From Escherichia coli (GTDB lineage Bacteria > Pseudomonadota > Gammaproteobacteria > Enterobacterales > Enterobacteriaceae), in assembly GCF_030013205.1 (NCBI RefSeq), contig NZ_CP122648.1: DNA of 64,000 nucleotides; one strand, written 5' to 3'. The position numbers were made by a program, and so were the translations under genes. Shown in pieces: positions 62,284-64,000 of this stretch. Position 1 is the first letter of the stretch, and the number at the start of each line of letters is the position of its first letter. A model generated the notes under the pieces. It had not been told where the DNA came from. It did no database searches and saw only the letters and a list, made by a program, of their open reading frames with translations.

Positions 62284-62692
62284 CCAAATCTGACTGATCA
62301 CATTGCCCACCAGCCGCAAATGTGGCATTGTTGGTGATGCGTTCAAGTATGTAGCTTTTCCACTGGCGGCTCTCTACGGTCGCCTTTGTTTTATCCAGAA
62401 CGAAATCAGACATCAGATTGATCAGCACCTGGCGACCTGACAAAATCGCATCAGTCGCGCCACCAGCAAAATTTTTTGCTTTCCGGACGGCGTGACCAAC
62501 GGCATTTTGCAGCAAAATATTCTGCATTTCTGGCGTGCTGTAGTAACGGTGATCAGCGCCTTCACTCTGTGCGACCACAACGCTATAATCTGCCTCGTAG
62601 ACAGTAAGCAATATGGCGCAGTAGGCTATTCGTTCACAAAGGCGCTCCGGCAACGGGGCGCTTTTTGTTATGTTCATCGCGTTACGCCTCAC
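62284..62692 (-). CDS. hypothetical protein; protein-like N-terminal about 135 codons of a 500-codon open frame (true 3' end unclear)
   Basis: MRRNAMNITKSAPLPERLCERIAYCAILLTVYEADYSVVVAQSEGADHRYYSTPEMQNILLQNAVGHAVRK is protein-like, but the frame has no stop until 61190 and runs antisense through the plus-strand gene with Ser/Cys-rich junk; possible lost stop, frameshift or sequencing error. Confidence 0.35.
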
Positions 62693-62696
62693 ACCA

Positions 62697-62903
62697 TTAC
62701 GCAGCCGTTCCGCGCGCTTCTTCCTCGCGTTCTTTCAGCCAGGCCAGCACCTCATCTTCATACCAGCCAACACGACGCAGACCGATTTTGAAGCCTTTCG
62801 GGAATTTTCCGGCGTTGATCATGTCCTGTAGCGAACTGTCTGCCTTGATGCGCAGAATATTTTTTACTTCCTGACGGGTAAGGATTTTTCTGATTGTTTC
62901 CAC
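62697..62903 (-). CDS. alpA: AlpA-family phage regulatory protein (excisionase-like HTH)
   Basis: 68-aa ORF METIRKILTRQEVKNILRIKADSSLQDMINAGKFPKGFKIGLRRVGWYEDEVLAWLKERE, the AlpA/Vis pattern. Confidence 0.8.
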   Translation of the reverse strand: METIRKILTRQEVKNILRIKADSSLQDMINAGKFPKGFKIGLRRVGWYEDEVLAWLKEREEEARGTAA

Positions 62904-62971
62904 TATGTTTTACCTCGTTAATCCGGCGTATTCCGGTGATAAATACGGTAAAACAGGGCAGGGCGGGAAAA

Positions 62972-63008
62972 ACAGTACCCACCGTTTTAAAACGGTACCC
63001 ACTGTTTT
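62972..63008. promoter_or_regulatory. candidate operator in the alpA upstream region
   Basis: ACAGTACCCACCGTTTTAAAACGGTACCCACTGTTTTTT: two direct GTACCCAC copies flanking the perfect palindrome CCGTTTTAAAACGG, about 70-100 bp upstream of the alpA start. Confidence 0.4.
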
Positions 63009-63039
63009 TTATCTCATTGATTACGCTTTTCTTTTTGCA

Positions 63040-63066
63040 AAAAAATAGCGACCGCAAAGGGCCGCT
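63040..63066 (-). terminator. intrinsic terminator after the 76-aa ORF
   Basis: Minus strand ATAGCGGCCCTTTGCGGTCGCTAT hairpin followed by TTTTTTT. Confidence 0.45.
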
Positions 63067-63073
63067 ATTGTGA

Positions 63074-63304
63074 TTACCGCTTCCACTTCTTAGGTCGTCC
63101 ACCGCATTTAAGGCTGGTGGGTCTCAGCACCTTGTCGATGCTTTCAGCCAGATTTTTCGATGCGCCACGCGAGCGCAAAAAACTGACTACCTCGTGTTTT
63201 GTGGGGGCTGTTGATTTGTCTTCCGGATCGTACGTTGACCAGAATTCACGATTTGCCATTAAGGCCAGTTGCAGGCCTTCGCCGTAGGCGGTGGTATTTT
63301 GCAT
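63074..63304 (-). CDS. hypothetical small protein (76 aa)
   Basis: ORF MQNTTAYGEGLQLALMANREFWSTYDPEDKSTAPTKHEVVSFLRSRGASKNL between int and alpA; no family recognised. Confidence 0.45.
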   Translation of the reverse strand: MQNTTAYGEGLQLALMANREFWSTYDPEDKSTAPTKHEVVSFLRSRGASKNLAESIDKVLRPTSLKCGGRPKKWKR

Positions 63305-63402
63305 AATAGAATTTTCATATACTCCGGCCTTGTCGTTAAATTTGTGGCAATTATACGATGGTTTGGCATGGTTTTCACTGGTTGCACTGGCTTTTTGTAC
63401 AG

Positions 63403-64000
63403 TTACACGGCACGGATACCCCTTTTACCACTGGCTATGGTCACTCCGGTAGCTGCGGCCTCTACAAATTCCCCCCACCAGCGCATAAGCACCACGCGCT
63501 TTTCCAGGTAGTTACTTCGGTTATATGCTCGCCTTACCTCGTTCGTGTCCACGTGTGCGAGTGCGGCCTCGATTACGTCCGGCTCGAATCCTTCCTCGTT
63601 CGCTGCTGTACTGAATATGGCGCGTAATCCGTGAGACACCAGCACACCAGCGTATCCCATCCGGCGCAATGCAGCGTTAGCGGTCTGGCTGCTCATTGGC
63701 AGCATTGGATTTTTAAGGCTGGGAAAAACATGTTCCCTGTGTGCGCTGATTGGCTTCATTGTTTCCAGTACAGCCATCGCCTGACCGCAAAGAGGGATCA
63801 CATGGTCACGGCGCATCTTCATGCGTCCGGCTGGAATCGTCCAGGTTTCGGCATCGAGATCTATTTCTTCCCAGCGTGCGGCGGCTGCTTCGGCTGGGCG
63901 TGCTACGGTCAGCAGTTGCCACTCAATCAGCAATCTGGTTTGCCGTTCTATGCTGGCGACCGATAAATCGTGCATTAGCTGCGGTAGCTGTTCCGGTCGG
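63403..64000 (-). CDS. int: tyrosine recombinase / P4-type integrase, C-terminal catalytic part (gene starts beyond right edge)
   Basis: Frame is open to the window edge; C-terminal sequence ...HDLSVASIERQTRLLIEWQLLTVARPAEAAAARWEEIDL...HVIPL...LVSHGLRAIFSTAANEEGF...RRAYNRSNYLEKR shows the R...HxxR...Y catalytic residues of tyrosine integrases. Confidence 0.85.
   Translation of the reverse strand, partial: RPEQLPQLMHDLSVASIERQTRLLIEWQLLTVARPAEAAAARWEEIDLDAETWTIPAGRMKMRRDHVIPLCGQAMAVLETMKPISAHREHVFPSLKNPMLPMSSQTANAALRRMGYAGVLVSHGLRAIFSTAANEEGFEPDVIEAALAHVDTNEVRRAYNRSNYLEKRVVLMRWWGEFVEAAATGVTIASGKRGIRAV

Larger units (their letters stand above)
51477..64000. mobile_element. integrated P4/PICI-like integrative element (phage satellite or prophage remnant); right end beyond the window
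   Basis: Block absent from the K-12 gene order, bounded on the left by the tRNA-Pro 3'-end-like repeat and on the right by a tyrosine integrase running off the edge; contains AlpA-type regulator, RepA-like helicase with iterons, and phage-like genes, all on the minus strand. Confidence 0.75.

Noticed and set aside
61190-62692. 500-aa minus-strand ORF as a single real protein
   Set aside because: Middle 250 codons are Ser/Cys-rich low complexity and antisense to a plus-strand gene with strong RBS; treated as two protein-like segments joined by a chance-open frame, with a lost stop as the flagged alternative.

Overview
E. coli-type chromosomal segment of about 51.5 kb, colinear with the K-12 50-min region in inverted orientation: ubiG (partial), gyrA, yfaA-yfaT-yfaS-yfaQ-yfaP, atoBEAD/atoC/atoS, rcsC, rcsB, rcsD, micF, ompC, apbE, ada-alkB, yojI, mqo, eco, napFDAGHBC, ccmABCDEFGH, narP, yejO. 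From about 51.48 kb to the right edge lies an integrated element that appears to target tRNA-Pro (proL). It carries a partial P4-type tyrosine integrase at the window edge, an AlpA-type regulator, a RepA/DnaB-like helicase with an adjacent iteron array, FinO/ProQ-domain and PerC-like proteins, and a leftward operon of poorly characterised genes that includes a probable programmed -1 frameshift pair upstream of a tape-measure-like protein, followed by a repeat array and about 1.3 kb of non-coding DNA. This element is the best candidate for something undescribed, but every functional call in it is from motif recognition and gene order only. Strain-level differences from K-12 visible in the sequence are an intact yfaS, an intact yejO with no IS5, and an apparent 1-nt frameshift in atoS. 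No CRISPR array, rRNA or intact tRNA was seen. All identifications rest on reading the six-frame translations and recalled motifs; no database search was run.
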